The notes beneath the pieces were generated by a model that was given only the letters and a program-made list of their open reading frames with translations, was not told where the DNA came from and searched no databases. A stretch of 64,000 bases of DNA from Psammoneis japonica (lineage: Eukaryota): assembly GCA_008632985.1 (NCBI GenBank), contig QPGO01000158.1:62001-126000 (forward strand), written 5' to 3'. This document shows positions 62,736 through 64,000 of the stretch, piece by piece (the stretch's first letter is position 1; every line of letters starts with the position of its first letter). The position numbers and the translations under genes are program-made.

Positions 62736-64000
62736 CTTCAATGGCATCTTGTCATTGACCTTTGGCCACTCCAGCATGTCTCATCCAACAACCATGTGTC
62801 AGGTTTGCATGATGATCAACTGTGTGTGTGGTTGACTTTGCGCACAAGCTCTGCTGTTGCAGACAACTCTGGCAACTGAAATTGGTGATGCAAGCACTGT
62901 GTGCCATCTTGAAGCTGCCTGCCAATGTGGTTTTGGCTGTTGTGTGGCTCAAAAGCCATTTGCTTGCAGCACTTGGCATCTGGCAGCACATGCTCCTGAT
63001 GCTGCCATCTGGCACTGCTTCAATCATTTCAGGCTTGCCTTCACCATGCTTGGCATCCATGGCTGCAAACAACATTGCTGCCAGTCAAATGTCTGTGCTT
63101 GACATGTGTGCAGGGTTGGCCTGTGCAACATGAGTGTGATGGCACAACAAGTGATGCACTGAACCTGTCTGACTTGCACTGGCCTGCTTGTTCTCAGGTG
63201 CTGTTGTCCTCCAAATCCTTGTTGGAGTCACCCAGGGAGAGGGCACAAAAGTAATTTGGCTCCTCTTTGCAAGCCTTGCACACCACCCTGCAGTTCTCAA
63301 GCACATCTTCAACTCTTGCCTTGGCAGGAGCTTTGTCAAGCTCCTCATGAGTGGTGTGCAGTTTCTGTGTGGCTGGTTTCTGATTGCTGTTCATGTGGGA
63401 CATCTTGAGACATTCCACCCCATGCCTCAAAATGAGATGTTCTTCCACATTGTGCACCTGGCACTGTCACCACCATGCAACACTCAGCATTTGATGCCTT
63501 TCTCTCCTGACTGGCGACCCCAGCACTTTTGAGGAATGTCCATTCTTCCATGGCCCTGGTGCTTCATGGGGACATTGTGGCACGACCTTCCTGCTTGCCT
63601 TTGGCAGAAACAAATTTTGCAATGGCATGAGTCCACGGGTCAAAATCCTGTGAGATTGTCTGCCTTTGCCATGTGTTTGGAGCGCTTCATTCAAATGAGT
63701 CAACCAACTCATCTTCTGGCAATGATGCAGGTGCAAAACCATTTTCAATCACAGACAGAAACAGCAAGATGTGGCCATTCAGCTCACTGACCTTTGTGGC
63801 ACAGAGTCACCTGTCTTCACACCATTTGGCTTGAGTGCAAAACATCACAGAGACAACATGCTTTTGCAGCAGCACTGCCTTGTGCAGGAAGATGCTTTCA
63901 GTCACCTTTGAGATGCACACCTTGAACAAAACCACATTGGCCCCCCCCTGATGCCCCTTTGACACACCATCATCAAATGCAGCAAAGACACTGCCTTGTT

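Larger units (their letters stand above)
58577..64000. mobile_element. Heavily mutated TE block (TpA- and CpG-depleted)
   Basis: Near absence of TA and CG; contains a 180-bp array and a gypsy remnant. Confidence 0.75.

Noticed and set aside
3..64000. A gene in this window encoding the mutator (deaminase or methyltransferase)
   Set aside because: No HxE..PCxxC deaminase, DNA methyltransferase or TET/JBP motifs were recognised in any ORF; the machinery is probably encoded elsewhere.

Overview
Eukaryotic nuclear DNA, almost certainly a pennate diatom (inferred from short GT-AG introns, signal peptide + ASAF-type plastid presequences, diatom-type LRR proteins and a CoDi-like copia element). Compact gene islands encode MPP-beta, V-ATPase subunit c, an ABC1 kinase, a PhoD-like phosphatase, a cis-prenyltransferase, an LRR membrane protein, a VASt protein, an FKBP, an IFRD-family protein and several hypotheticals. 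They alternate with transposon blocks at about 12.8-20.1, 27.5-38.4 and 51.2-64 kb. The main discovery is a repeat-domain-restricted hypermutation that converts TpA to TpG/CpA (A:T->G:C), the opposite direction to fungal RIP. The two LTRs of one copia element differ at 14 of 177 bp, 13 of them TA->TG/CA. Conserved tyrosines in the TE proteins become Cys/His (RT YVDD->HVDD). Sister LTRs of a nested TRIM show reciprocal CA/TG differences. Older blocks have also lost CpG. Other notable elements are a TRIM with a tRNA-like A/B-box core, a DDE-type transposase with an inserted WRN/EXD2-like exonuclease, and a shattered phoD paralog. All alignments and counts were done by eye.
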